The position numbers were made by a program, and so were the translations under genes. A stretch of 46,776 nt of DNA, taken from Syntrophaceae bacterium. Its GTDB lineage: Bacteria > Desulfobacterota > Syntrophia > Syntrophales > UBA4778. Under the pieces are notes generated by a model that saw only the letters and a program-made list of their open reading frames with translations, ran no database searches and had not been told where the DNA came from. This document shows positions 27,311 through 39,721 of this stretch, piece by piece. Position 1 is the first letter of the stretch; each line of letters starts with the position of its first letter. The stretch spans positions 1 to 46,776 of the forward strand of contig JBDKTK010000377.1 of the NCBI GenBank assembly GCA_039680225.1, given 5' to 3'.

Positions 27311-28672
27311 ATGGACGAAATTAAGGTTTTCCTGAGCGACCGCGAAATTCCCCGGCAATGGTACAACATCCAGGCCGACCTGCCCACGCCGTTGCGCCCG
27401 CCCCTGCACCCGGCAACGGGCAAGCCCGTTGGGCCGCAGGACCTTGCCCCGATCTTTCCCATGCCTTTGATCGAGCAGGAAGTCAGCACCCAGAGGTGGA
27501 TTGACATCCCCGACGAGGTCCTGGAAAAACTGCTACTCTGGCGCCCCGCTCCCCTGCGCCGGGCGCGGAATTTTGAGAAAGTCCTCAATGCCCCCGTGAA
27601 GATATATTATAAAGATGAAAGCATGAGCCCTCCCGGTTCCCACAAGGGCAACACCGCAGTGGCCCAGGCCTATTACAACAAGATCTCCGGGGTGAAAAGG
27701 CTCACCACGGAAACCGGCGCCGGCCAGTGGGGGAGCGCCCTGTCGATGGCCTGCAACATGTTCGGGCTCGAATGCTGTGTTTTCATGGTCAGGGTAAGCT
27801 TTTACCAGAAACCCTATCGCAGAATGATGATGGCTGTCTGGGGCGCGAACTGCATCCCCAGCCCGAGCGACACGACCGCGGCGGGAAGAAAGATGCTCGA
27901 GAAAGACCCCGATTCCCCGGGAAGCCTCGGAATGGCCATCAGCGAGGCAGTGGAAGCCGCAATTACAGGAAAGGACACCAAGTACTCGCTGGGCAGCGTG
28001 TTGAACCATGTGCTGCTGCATCAGACCGTGATCGGACTCGAAGCGCAAAAGCAGCTCGAGAAAATCGGGGAATACCCGGATGTGGTCATCGGCTGCGCCG
28101 GGGGCGGCAGCAACTTTGCAGGCATTGCCCTTCCGTTTGTGCGCGACAAGATACACGGGAAGCAGATCAGAATAGTAGGCTCGGAACCCAGTTCCTGCCC
28201 GACGCTGACGCGCGGCCCCTTTGCATATGATTTCGGCGATGTCGCCCAGATGACGCCGCTGCTGGCCATGTACACGCTTGGCCATGATTTCGTCCCCGAG
28301 GCGATCCATGCGGGCGGCCTGCGCTATCACGGAATGGCCCCCATTGTCAGCCACCTGCTCAAGGAAGGGCTGATCGAGGCCAGGTCGTTCAACCAGATCG
28401 AGACATTCGATGCCGGCCTGAAATGGGCCCGGACCGAGGGCTTCATACCGGCGCCGGAAACGACCCACGCCATTGCCGCCGTCTGCGCGGAAGCGAAGCA
28501 GGCCAAAGAGGAAGGTAAAGAAAAGGTTATCCTTTTCAATTATTCAGGTCACGGCATCATCGATTTACCCGCATACGACGCGTTCCTTTCCGGCAAGCTC
28601 GAACAATACGACCTTCCGGAGAGCGAAATCCAAAGGGCGCTCAAGACCATCGAGGGCCTGCCAAGACCATAG
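27311..28672 (+). CDS. trpB: TrpB2-type tryptophan synthase beta chain (stand-alone)
   Basis: [13 protein letters not shown] lysine [53 protein letters not shown]; GAGGAG RBS before ATG 27311. Confidence 0.95.
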   Translation: MDEIKVFLSDREIPRQWYNIQADLPTPLRPPLHPATGKPVGPQDLAPIFPMPLIEQEVSTQRWIDIPDEVLEKLLLWRPAPLRRARNFEKVLNAPVKIYYKDESMSPPGSHKGNTAVAQAYYNKISGVKRLTTETGAGQWGSALSMACNMFGLECCVFMVRVSFYQKPYRRMMMAVWGANCIPSPSDTTAAGRKMLEKDPDSPGSLGMAISEAVEAAITGKDTKYSLGSVLNHVLLHQTVIGLEAQKQLEKIGEYPDVVIGCAGGGSNFAGIALPFVRDKIHGKQIRIVGSEPSSCPTLTRGPFAYDFGDVAQMTPLLAMYTLGHDFVPEAIHAGGLRYHGMAPIVSHLLKEGLIEARSFNQIETFDAGLKWARTEGFIPAPETTHAIAAVCAEAKQAKEEGKEKVILFNYSGHGIIDLPAYDAFLSGKLEQYDLPESEIQRALKTIEGLPRP

Positions 28673-28682
28673 TAACCAATGC

Positions 28683-28714
28683 AAGGGGCGGAACACGGGT
28701 TCCGCCCCTTTTTT
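28683..28714 (+). terminator. Intrinsic terminator after trpB2
   Basis: AAGGGGCGGAAC-ACGG-GTTCCGCCCCTT followed by TTTT. Confidence 0.85.
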
Positions 28715-28741
28715 CCAGCCTCCTCCTGCGCTCCGTGTTCA

Positions 28742-28770
28742 TTGCTTAAACTTTCCGTTTTCGATATGAT
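28742..28770 (+). promoter_or_regulatory. Sigma70-type promoter of rarA
   Basis: TTGCTT, 17 nt spacer, TATGAT. Confidence 0.5.
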
Positions 28771-28802
28771 TCCTGCATTATCCTTAAGGACCCGAGATCG
28801 CA

Positions 28803-30140
28803 ATGGCCAAAGTCAAGGAACAGCGCCCCCTCGCCGACCGCATGCGGCCCGCAAGACTTGCGGATTTCATCGGCCAGGAAAAAATCCTCGGGCCGGGAAC
28901 GCTCCTGAGGCGCGCCATCGAGGAAGACCGCCTGTTTTCCATGATCCTCTGGGGACCGCCCGGTTCCGGCAAGACGACCCTGGCCTGCGTCATCGCGAAC
29001 GAGACCAGGTCCCACTTTGAAACTTTCTCGGCGGTGCTCTCCGGGGTAAAGGAAATCCGTTCCGTCATTGAAACGGCAAAGAAGGAGCTCGAAGGCGACC
29101 AGCGGACGATCCTCTTTGTCGACGAGATCCACCGCTTCAACAAGGCCCAGCAGGACGCCTTCCTCCATCACGTCGAGAGCGGTCTCATAACCCTGATCGG
29201 CGCGACCACCGAGAACCCCTCGTTTGAAGTGATCTCGCCGCTGCTGTCGCGCTGCCGCGTCTTTGTCCTCGATCCTTTAAGCGATGATGATATTTGCGAG
29301 ATCCTCAAAAGGGCGCTGGCCGACAAGGAGAAGGGCCTCGGCGATCTCTCGCTGGAAGCCGAGCCCGATGCCCTCAAGCACATAATCTGGGCGGCGGAAG
29401 GGGACGCCAGGACCGCGCTCAACAATCTCGAAGCCGCCGCCAATCTCGTCCGGGCCAAAAAAGCCGGCGAGAGGATAATAACCCGCGATATCGTCGAAGA
29501 GGCGCTCCAGAAAAAACTCCTCCAGTATGACAAGACCGGAGAGGAGCACTACAACCTGATATCGGCATTGCACAAGAGCCTGCGGGGGAGCGACCCGGAC
29601 GCAGCACTGTACTGGCTCGCGCGGATGCTCGAAGCTGGCGAGGACCCCCTTTACATTGCCCGGCGGATGGTGCGGTTCGCATCCGAGGACGTGGGCAATG
29701 CGGACCCGAACGGGTTGCTGGTCTCGATGGCCGCCATGCAGGCCTTCCACTTCATCGGCCAGCCGGAAGGCGAACTGGCCCTGGCCCAGGCGGCCGTCTA
29801 CCTGGCAACAGCGCCGAAGAGCAATTCCCTTTACACGGCTTTCGGGCGGGTTAAAAGGGAGATCCGCGATACGGGGGCGCTGCCGGTGCCCCTTCATATA
29901 AGGAACGCACCCACCGGCCTCATGAAAGAGCTCGGTTACGGAAAGGATTATAAGTACGCCCATGACTATGAAGATGCATTCACGCCGCAGGATTATCTGC
30001 CCGCGGAACTGTCCGGGCGAATTTATTACCGTCCCGCGGACAGGGGCTATGAAAAGACAATCAAGAGCCGTCTCGATAAATGGCGAAGCATGTTGAGGGC
30101 CAGGGGCCGCCGGGAAAGCGGTCCCGATAATGAGACGTAA
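28803..30140 (+). CDS. rarA: Replication-associated recombination protein A (MgsA)
   Basis: PLADRMRP, WGPPGSGKTT, DEIHRFNKAQQD, ATTENPSF, SALHKSLRGSD, APKSN. Confidence 0.97.
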   Translation: MAKVKEQRPLADRMRPARLADFIGQEKILGPGTLLRRAIEEDRLFSMILWGPPGSGKTTLACVIANETRSHFETFSAVLSGVKEIRSVIETAKKELEGDQRTILFVDEIHRFNKAQQDAFLHHVESGLITLIGATTENPSFEVISPLLSRCRVFVLDPLSDDDICEILKRALADKEKGLGDLSLEAEPDALKHIIWAAEGDARTALNNLEAAANLVRAKKAGERIITRDIVEEALQKKLLQYDKTGEEHYNLISALHKSLRGSDPDAALYWLARMLEAGEDPLYIARRMVRFASEDVGNADPNGLLVSMAAMQAFHFIGQPEGELALAQAAVYLATAPKSNSLYTAFGRVKREIRDTGALPVPLHIRNAPTGLMKELGYGKDYKYAHDYEDAFTPQDYLPAELSGRIYYRPADRGYEKTIKSRLDKWRSMLRARGRRESGPDNET

Positions 30141-30167
30141 AAAGAATTAAATTACAGGGGAGCATCA

Positions 30168-30926
30168 ATGTTCGTTTTCAAGAAGTTCGCCGCGGTCCTG
30201 CTTATGCCGCTCGGTTTTTCAATTGTGGTTCTGCTTATCGGCTGGTTCCTGCTTTTTTTCCGGCGCAGGTTCCGGGAAGCCAAGATACTGATCCTTATCG
30301 GAATCCTGCTGCTGGCGATTGCCAGCATCGGCCCGGTTTCAAACATGCTGACGGCGCCCATGGAATCGCGTTATCCGCCCCTTGACTCGAAGAACCTTCC
30401 CCGGAATATCAGCTTCGTTGTGGTCCTGGGAGGGGGCCTGGCGGGAGACGACCAGGACCCCGCGGGCGCCAGCCTTTCGAGGGCCTCCCTCGCCCGGCTC
30501 CTTGAGGGCATCCGGATATACCGGATGTACCCCGGCAGCAAGTTGATCCTGTCCGGGGGGAAGGTGTTCGCGCAGGTATCGGAAAGCGAGGTCATGGCGG
30601 AAAAGGCGCGCTCTCTCGGCGTGAACGGGAAGGATATCATAATGGAAAACAACTCCCCCGATACGGAGAGCCAGGCCAGGCTGGTAAAGCCTTTTGTGAA
30701 GGACAGAAATTTCATCATGGTCACATCGGCCATCCACATGCAGCGGGCCATGGGGCTTTTCCGCAATGAGGGCCTGGAGCCGGTTGCCGCCCCCACGGAC
30801 TACCTTCCGAAAGCAGGGGGAGACCCGCGCCGGTATTTCCCGCAGACTGCGGCGCTCGGAAAATCCGAGGCGGCCCTGAACGAATACCTGGGGATGGCCT
30901 GGTCGAAGGTCAGGGGCAAGATTTAA
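30168..30926 (+). CDS. YdcF/ElyC (DUF218) envelope biogenesis protein
   Basis: N-terminal TMs, VVLGGG, LILSGG, SE...M, VTSAIHMQRA, APTD, EYLG. Confidence 0.88.
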   Translation: MFVFKKFAAVLLMPLGFSIVVLLIGWFLLFFRRRFREAKILILIGILLLAIASIGPVSNMLTAPMESRYPPLDSKNLPRNISFVVVLGGGLAGDDQDPAGASLSRASLARLLEGIRIYRMYPGSKLILSGGKVFAQVSESEVMAEKARSLGVNGKDIIMENNSPDTESQARLVKPFVKDRNFIMVTSAIHMQRAMGLFRNEGLEPVAAPTDYLPKAGGDPRRYFPQTAALGKSEAALNEYLGMAWSKVRGKI

Positions 30927-31020
30927 CCCTGCCTATACTTGATGACACGGCAACCCATCTCTGATATAGGAAGCCATAATTTTTCAGCCGTTTATCACCG
31001 GCGGGGAGCAGCAGATTAGT

Positions 31021-32283
31021 ATGAGCGATTTTGCAGGCCTTTCCTGGAAGGTTCTGGAGCTTCTCAACAAGGGCGCCAGGATCTGGCACCCCGGTTCCGT
31101 CGACATCGGGGACGAGGTCAATACGGACAGGATCGCAGGCAAAGGGGTCGAGATATTCGCGGGCGCCAGGATTCACGGACCGGAAACCCTGATCTGCAAA
31201 GGGGCCAGGCTGGGCGAAGAGGGCCCGGTCGTTATCAGGGACTGTCAGATCGGAGAAAACGTCGAACTCCGGGGAGGCTTTTTCAAAAACTCCGTCTTCC
31301 TGGACGGAGCGGTCTTCGGCTCATCGTCCCAGGTGAGAGAAAATTGCCTGATTGAAGAGCAGGCGGGCGGCAACCACGCCGTCGGGCTCAAACAGACCGT
31401 CCTCTTCCCCTTCGTGACGCTCGGCAGCCTTGTCAATTTCTGCGACTGCCTGATGGCCGGGGGGACGAGCCGCAAAGACCACAGTGAAGTGGGGAGCTCC
31501 TTCATTCATTTCAACTACACGCCCCACCAGGACAAGGCCACGGCGTCCCTGATCGGCGACGTCCCGCGCGGAGTAATGCTGAATTGCGCGCCCATTTTCC
31601 TGGGCGGGCAGGGCGGAATTGTCGGTCCCTCGAGGGTTGAATACGGCACGGTGCTGGCTGCAGGCTCCATTTTGCGCCAGGACGTCCCGCTCCCTGCCGA
31701 CGGGGGAAGGCTGATAAGCGGGCCGGTTGCCCTCCTGGAGAGGGAATTCCATTGCGGGATGTACACGGAAGTCAGGAAAAAGGTTATCAACAACATACTG
31801 TACATCGCCAGCCTGCTGGCGCTCCGTGAGTGGTACTCGCACGTGCGGAGCACGTTCCTTGCGGGCCGGGAATTCGGGCCGGAGCTGCTGGACGGGGCAA
31901 AAGCCGTGATCGATGGGGCTGTTTCCGAAAGGGGCAAAAGATTAAGGGAGTTTGCGGAGAAGATGGAGCAGTCCATTTCCCTGAGCAGGGAATACCTGCC
32001 CGGGGCGCAATGGGACAGGCTCCGCGCGCAGAAGAAAGAACTTCTTGAAAACCGCTCCGCCCTCGAAGTATGCTTTTCGAGCCATATCGAGGCGGGCTGC
32101 GGGACGCAAGACAGGGACCGGTTCCTTCAGGCGCTCTCCGGGCTGCAGGCGGCCGGCGCCGATTATATAAGCGCGATACGGCAACTGGACGACAACGCCC
32201 GTCGCCACGGGTCCGCCTGGCTGCAAGCCATTGTTGACGGGACCACGGCCAAGGCCCTCGAGATTCTCCCGTCTTTCAAATAA
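31021..32283 (+). CDS. GlmU-like protein with a left-handed beta-helix (acyltransferase-like) region
   Basis: Hexapeptide-like repeats in the N-terminal half, HFNY motif, adjacency to the glmS-like gene; no nucleotidyltransferase domain seen. Confidence 0.65.
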   Translation: MSDFAGLSWKVLELLNKGARIWHPGSVDIGDEVNTDRIAGKGVEIFAGARIHGPETLICKGARLGEEGPVVIRDCQIGENVELRGGFFKNSVFLDGAVFGSSSQVRENCLIEEQAGGNHAVGLKQTVLFPFVTLGSLVNFCDCLMAGGTSRKDHSEVGSSFIHFNYTPHQDKATASLIGDVPRGVMLNCAPIFLGGQGGIVGPSRVEYGTVLAAGSILRQDVPLPADGGRLISGPVALLEREFHCGMYTEVRKKVINNILYIASLLALREWYSHVRSTFLAGREFGPELLDGAKAVIDGAVSERGKRLREFAEKMEQSISLSREYLPGAQWDRLRAQKKELLENRSALEVCFSSHIEAGCGTQDRDRFLQALSGLQAAGADYISAIRQLDDNARRHGSAWLQAIVDGTTAKALEILPSFK

Positions 32284-32314
32284 TGGCAACTAAAAACAGA
32301 TAAGGAACAAACTG

Positions 32315-35300
32315 TTGTTTGAGCTCATAATCAGGACCAGGGATTTTCTTGGAGACCTTTTTTCCCGGGTGTACCTCGGGCGGGATGTCCGCCATCTCGA
32401 GCCCGGTTCCATCGTGTTGTTCCCGCTTCACGCGGACACCCTTTTTTGCGGACTCGCCGGCATCATCACGCTGAAGAAAGCCGGGATGGAACCGGTAAGG
32501 GCACAGAATGCCAAAGAGGCGTCCGCTTTATTTTCCCGGATCAGGAAGTCCGGACTGAAGGAGATTTTTTCCCGCTCGGTCAGCCCCCGGGAATACCTGA
32601 AAGGGCCTGAAGACCTGAATCGCCTGGAGAGGTACGTTTCCCTCTGGAGGCTTGATGACCATTTCCGGGACATCTATTTTGATCCGGCGAAGTCCGGCAT
32701 TCTCAGAAAATTATCAGATGACATAAAGGCGTTCATCCAGGACCAGGAAAGTATCCTGGGGGACAATGCCGCCCGGCTCGCAACGGATGAAATCGAAGTT
32801 GTCAACAGCCGCATAATAGTCCTCAAGGACCTGCAGTGGGGCCTGGAACGGGATATCCTCCAGAACATCGAGAAGGTCTCCGATTTGGCCGGAGATCCGG
32901 CCGGAGCGGAGCAGAACGGTTCGTGGATATCGCCCCAGGCGTTGTCAAAATACAGCCGCATCAATTTTCTCCTGAACTGCATTGACCGGCTGGAGGTGCG
33001 GGGAAGGGATTCGGCGGGGATACAGGTATCGTTCAAAATAGAACAGAAACCGGATAAAGAATCTTCGCTCGACAGCATTATCAAAGTCCTCCAAAAGAAG
33101 AGCCTTTACAACAGTTTCCTGGAGCGCACGGCTGACGGCGATCTGAAGAACGGCAGCATCCATATATGCCGGCAGGGAGACGGGAATTCTGTTTCCTTCG
33201 TTTATAAAACTGCTTCCATAATCGGCGAACTGGGAAGGAATGTCCGGGAGCTGCGCGCCGCGATCCGCTCCGACGCGATATTCCGGCTTTTTGCCGACCT
33301 CGAAATCGAGTTCGACGTATCTTTTGCCCACACGCGCTGGGCCTCGGTGGGCTCCATTACCGAGGAGAACTGCCATCCCGTCAATAACTACACTCTGCAG
33401 CCGGCGCCGCAATCGGGGCCGGTGGCGCCCCCCGGCGGATACTGCGCCGTCCCCTCTTCCGTCAACTTTGACCATGAGGCAGGGGCAACATTCTATCCGG
33501 CCTATGGCGCCGGGAACTGGTGCATCAGTGTGGTCCTCAACGGGGACATAGACAACTATCCCGTGCTGCGGGCCGAATTGGAGAATGAATGCGGGGTCCG
33601 GATAGCGCCCGAACTCACGACTGACACCAAGATCATACCCCTGCAGATTGATAAATACCTGCGCCAGGGGAAAACCTTCCCAGAGGCATTCAGGCTCTCC
33701 CTCAGTGACTTTGACGGCTCGCATGCAATTGCGGCCCTGAGCAACCTTGAGCCGGGAAAGGTCTTCCTTGCCCTGCGCGGCAGCGGCCAGTCCATTTACG
33801 TCGGGTTATGCCCCGACCGGTATATTTTTTCGTCGGAAGTGTACGGACTGGTGGAATCCACTTCCAGCTTCATCAAAATGGACGGGGAAATCGAATCCGT
33901 TCCCGGCGATCCCCATTCGGGCGGCCAGATGTTCATCCTCGACCAGTCCGCGGCCGGCGGCCTCGCCGGGATCAAGGCCCTTTTCTATAACGGCGCCCCC
34001 GTCGAGTTGACGGAAAAAGACATAAAGCACGCGGAGATCACGACCCGCGACATCGACCGCGGCAGCTTTCCCCATTTCTTCCTCAAGGAGATAACCGAGT
34101 CGGCCCATTCGGTGCGGAAAACCCTTTTGGGGAAATACCGGTTGTCCCGCCGGAAGTCCCGCTGGGAATTATCGTTCAACCTCGGCGAGGACATCCTGCC
34201 CGGGAAGATAAGGGAGCGGCTCCTGTCGGGCACAATCCGCAATATCATTGTTATCGGGCACGGGACTGCGGCCGTTGCGGGCTCGGCGATAGCCGACGGC
34301 CTCGCAAGGTTCCTGCAGGAAGGCCAATCCAGCGCCCGGATCAAGGTCGAGTCAAAAAGGGCATCGGAGTTGAGCGGGTTTTTCATGGAAAACGACCTCG
34401 CGAACACCCTGATCATCCCGGTAACGCAATCGGGAACCACGACGGACACGAACCGCGCCGTTGCCATGGCGGTGGAGCGCGGCGCTTCCGTCATCGCCAT
34501 AGTGAACCGCAGGCAATCGGACATCACCCACAAGGCCGACGGCGTCTTCTACACCAGCGACGGCCGGGACATTGAAATGTCGGTGGCTTCGACCAAGGCG
34601 TTCTATTCACAGATAGTGGCGGGACACGTCCTGGGATTGGGAATTGCAAAGCTGTTGGGATCGCTTTCCGACGACACGATCGCCGACGAACTGCTCCGTC
34701 TCGAGCAGATACCGGAAATAATGGGGCGCGTCCTGCTCAAGCAGGATGAAATCCGCCGGTCCGTGGAGAAAACCGCCAAGCAGAAAAAATACTGGGCCGT
34801 GGTCGGCAGCGGGCCCAATAAGGCGGCCGCCGACGAGATCCGGATCAAGTTGAGCGAGCTGTGCTACAAGACAATCTCTTCGGACGTGATCGAGGACAAG
34901 AAACACATCGACCTTTCTTCGGAGCCCCTGATCCTGGTCTGCGCCGCCGGGAACCCCGAATCAGTCCTGGGGGACATCGTCAAAGACGTCGCCATTTTCA
35001 AGGCGCACAAGGCGGCCGTCGTGGTCTTCGCCGACGAGGGCGAAGACAGGTTCAATTCCATCGCAGATGCGGTCATAACCCTGCCCCGGACGGACCCGCC
35101 CCTTTCGGTCATCCTCAACACGATGGCGGGGCACCTCTGGGGATACTACGCGGCCCGCGCCATCGACGAGGACGCGGGCTTCTTCCAGGAATTCAGGGGC
35201 AGGCTGAACGTTGAGATGGTCCGCCACGAGAGGGACCATCTTTCCCTGTTCGAGCGGCTCGTGGACAGGGGGGTATACCGCGTGATCGAAGACTTTACCT

Positions 35301-36178
35301 CCCGGTTCAATGAAAAGAGGTCCGGCGGGACATTCTCCCTGACTAATGTGAAGACAATATCCGATATCGCCCTGCTGCTGAAATATGCGGAGGCCAAACT
35401 GCCCATTGAGGATTTCTGGACCGAGTTCAAGACCGACCTTTCGCCTCTCGATCACCTTAACATCTCAATCGGCCAGGCCATCGACGAACTCTCGCGCCCG
35501 ATTGACGCCATCCGGCACCAGGCAAAGACGGTCACGGTCGGCACCAGCCGCAAGGAAGAGTTCCTGCGGGGCATCATTTTCGAGCTGCTCGGCAGCCTCG
35601 ATTTTTCCGCCCGGAACCTTACGGGGAAAAATATGTTTTCCCTGGGGCGTATTCAAAAGGCAATTGCGAGGATAAAGGGATATACCCTTTACGGAGTCAA
35701 CGGCCTTGATGCCGAGGGCAAGCCCACGGAATCATCGACAATAGTCGTAAAGCTCAGGGGCGGCGTATCCCTGAACATGAAGTCCCGGGCCGAAAAGCAG
35801 GGGGCGCTGCTCGGGACCAAGAACATGATCGTCAGGACAGGGCATATTTACATCGGCGCCGGCAAAACGGACCGGGCCCCCATTGTCATTATCCCGATGG
35901 TGCGGGACGGGAAATTCATCAGGGAGCTGCTGCTGGTCCATGTCGAATATAACGACGCCCTGTCGATCGATGATAAGAAAGACGTCCTGGGCTACCGCTA
36001 TCATGACATCCGCAATCTCCTGACCGAGTACAACCTGCCCTGGAACGACAATTATCTTGATGGGATCTCCACGGGCTTCCTCCTCGCGGAAACAATTGAA
36101 ACAATAGTGTCGGAAATCAGAAAAGGCCTTAATGGGTCTAACACCGGAAATATACTGACAATAAAACCCGCCCAATAA
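32315..36178 (+). CDS. glmS: Giant GlmS-like glutamine amidotransferase / SIS-domain protein
   Basis: CGLAG at residue 45, LEVRGRDSAG, HTRWA, NGDIDN, TDT, QSGTT.D, VASTKAF, AKTVTV, followed by a C-terminal extension. Confidence 0.8.
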   Translation: MFELIIRTRDFLGDLFSRVYLGRDVRHLEPGSIVLFPLHADTLFCGLAGIITLKKAGMEPVRAQNAKEASALFSRIRKSGLKEIFSRSVSPREYLKGPEDLNRLERYVSLWRLDDHFRDIYFDPAKSGILRKLSDDIKAFIQDQESILGDNAARLATDEIEVVNSRIIVLKDLQWGLERDILQNIEKVSDLAGDPAGAEQNGSWISPQALSKYSRINFLLNCIDRLEVRGRDSAGIQVSFKIEQKPDKESSLDSIIKVLQKKSLYNSFLERTADGDLKNGSIHICRQGDGNSVSFVYKTASIIGELGRNVRELRAAIRSDAIFRLFADLEIEFDVSFAHTRWASVGSITEENCHPVNNYTLQPAPQSGPVAPPGGYCAVPSSVNFDHEAGATFYPAYGAGNWCISVVLNGDIDNYPVLRAELENECGVRIAPELTTDTKIIPLQIDKYLRQGKTFPEAFRLSLSDFDGSHAIAALSNLEPGKVFLALRGSGQSIYVGLCPDRYIFSSEVYGLVESTSSFIKMDGEIESVPGDPHSGGQMFILDQSAAGGLAGIKALFYNGAPVELTEKDIKHAEITTRDIDRGSFPHFFLKEITESAHSVRKTLLGKYRLSRRKSRWELSFNLGEDILPGKIRERLLSGTIRNIIVIGHGTAAVAGSAIADGLARFLQEGQSSARIKVESKRASELSGFFMENDLANTLIIPVTQSGTTTDTNRAVAMAVERGASVIAIVNRRQSDITHKADGVFYTSDGRDIEMSVASTKAFYSQIVAGHVLGLGIAKLLGSLSDDTIADELLRLEQIPEIMGRVLLKQDEIRRSVEKTAKQKKYWAVVGSGPNKAAADEIRIKLSELCYKTISSDVIEDKKHIDLSSEPLILVCAAGNPESVLGDIVKDVAIFKAHKAAVVVFADEGEDRFNSIADAVITLPRTDPPLSVILNTMAGHLWGYYAARAIDEDAGFFQEFRGRLNVEMVRHERDHLSLFERLVDRGVYRVIEDFTSRFNEKRSGGTFSLTNVKTISDIALLLKYAEAKLPIEDFWTEFKTDLSPLDHLNISIGQAIDELSRPIDAIRHQAKTVTVGTSRKEEFLRGIIFELLGSLDFSARNLTGKNMFSLGRIQKAIARIKGYTLYGVNGLDAEGKPTESSTIVVKLRGGVSLNMKSRAEKQGALLGTKNMIVRTGHIYIGAGKTDRAPIVIIPMVRDGKFIRELLLVHVEYNDALSIDDKKDVLGYRYHDIRNLLTEYNLPWNDNYLDGISTGFLLAETIETIVSEIRKGLNGSNTGNILTIKPAQ

Positions 36179-36243
36179 TTCTACTTTCAAAATTCACCCT
36201 TTTGGGATATAGGAGCAGCGAAAATTTCTGTAGGTAAAATCAT

Positions 36244-37776
36244 ATGATAGCAATCCTGGACTTCGGGTCCCAGTACAACCAACTCATAGCCCGGAGGGTC
36301 CGCGAATGCCGAGTTTACTGCGAGATCCTTCCCCACACCATATCCCCCTCTGAACTGAAAGAAAAAAAGCCCCGGGGGATAATCCTCTCCGGGGGACCGG
36401 CCAGCATTTTTGATGAGGGCGTCCCGGTCTGCGACAAGGGGCTGTTCAAGCTCGGCGTTCCCGTCCTGGGCATCTGCTACGGCATGCAGCTCATGGCCCA
36501 TCAGCTCGGGGGAAAAGTGACGAAGTCGAGTTTGAGGGAATACGGCAAGGCGATGCTCGACATCAATGCCCCCGATTCGCTTCTGTTCAAGGGCCTCAAA
36601 GCCAGCCAGCAGATCTGGATGAGCCATGGCGATCACATAACCAGGATACCCAAAGGGTTTAAAATATCAGGCTCGACTTCGAATTGCGCCTCGGCCGCGA
36701 TGGAAAACCCGGCGGAGAAACTCTACGGAGTGCAGTTCCATCCGGAAGTCACCCACACGGTCCACGGCGTGACCATCCTCCGGAATTTCCTTTTCCGGAT
36801 TGCGGGCTGCAAACCGGACTGGACCATGGGGTCTTTCATCGAGGAAGAGATTCGGAAGATCCGGGCGCAGGTCGGGGACGGCCGCGTACTGTGCGCGCTC
36901 TCCGGCGGCGTGGATTCATCCGTGCTGGCAGTGCTGATCCATAAGGCGATCGGGGAAAGGCTCGTCTCCATCTTTGTCGATAACGGGCTGCTGCGGCAGG
37001 GCGAGGTCGAAGAAGTCACAGAGACATTCCGCGACCGCTACAATCTGAATTTCCGCGTGATCCATGCCCGCGACAGGTTCCTGAACAAATTGAAGGGCGT
37101 TACGGACCCGGAGAGGAAACGCAAGATCATCGGCACGGAGTTCATCCGGGTCTTTGAGGAAGAAGCCAAGAAGCTGGGCGAGATAAAGTTCCTGGCGCAG
37201 GGTACGCTCTATCCCGATGTCATCGAAAGCCAGTCGTCATTCGGCGGGCCGTCGGCCGTGATCAAGAGCCACCATAATGTCGGCGGGCTCCCGGCGCGGC
37301 TCAAGATGAAACTGATCGAACCCCTGCGCGTCCTGTTCAAGGATGAAGTACGGGAACTCGGCCACGAGCTGGGCCTGCCGGAAGAGATCGTCTGGCGCCA
37401 TCCGTTCCCCGGCCCCGGCATCGCCGTGCGGATCCTGGGACAGGTGACGAAGGCGAACGTCGAATTGGTCCAGAAAGCGGATGCGATTGTCCGCCACGAG
37501 ATCCAAAAAGCCGGCTGGTTCCAGGATGTCTGGCAGGAATTTGCCGTCCTGCTCCCCGTCAAGACGGTGGGCGTGATGGGCGACGGCAGGACCTATGAAA
37601 ATGTCATTGCCGTCCGGGCGATCTCCAGCCGCGACGGGATGACGGCCGACTGGGTCAAGCTGCCCTACGAAGTGCTGGAGTCGATCTCCAGCCGGATAGT
37701 CAACGAGGTAAAAGGGGTCAACAGGGTCGTTTACGACATCAGCACGAAACCGCCCAGCACCATCGAATGGGAGTAA
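36244..37776 (+). CDS. guaA: GMP synthase (glutamine-hydrolysing)
   Basis: [53 protein letters not shown]. Confidence 0.98.
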   Translation: MIAILDFGSQYNQLIARRVRECRVYCEILPHTISPSELKEKKPRGIILSGGPASIFDEGVPVCDKGLFKLGVPVLGICYGMQLMAHQLGGKVTKSSLREYGKAMLDINAPDSLLFKGLKASQQIWMSHGDHITRIPKGFKISGSTSNCASAAMENPAEKLYGVQFHPEVTHTVHGVTILRNFLFRIAGCKPDWTMGSFIEEEIRKIRAQVGDGRVLCALSGGVDSSVLAVLIHKAIGERLVSIFVDNGLLRQGEVEEVTETFRDRYNLNFRVIHARDRFLNKLKGVTDPERKRKIIGTEFIRVFEEEAKKLGEIKFLAQGTLYPDVIESQSSFGGPSAVIKSHHNVGGLPARLKMKLIEPLRVLFKDEVRELGHELGLPEEIVWRHPFPGPGIAVRILGQVTKANVELVQKADAIVRHEIQKAGWFQDVWQEFAVLLPVKTVGVMGDGRTYENVIAVRAISSRDGMTADWVKLPYEVLESISSRIVNEVKGVNRVVYDISTKPPSTIEWE

Positions 37777-37779
37777 TGA

Positions 37780-39620
<1,841 letters not shown>

Positions 39621-39721
39621 TCAAATTTTATTTTCCTTGTCTGGCCCGGCCAATTTAGTATATACAAAGGTACGGCGTTCAGTTGAGCTTGCTTTTCTAA
39701 AACTCGTACCAGGGCCAGAAT

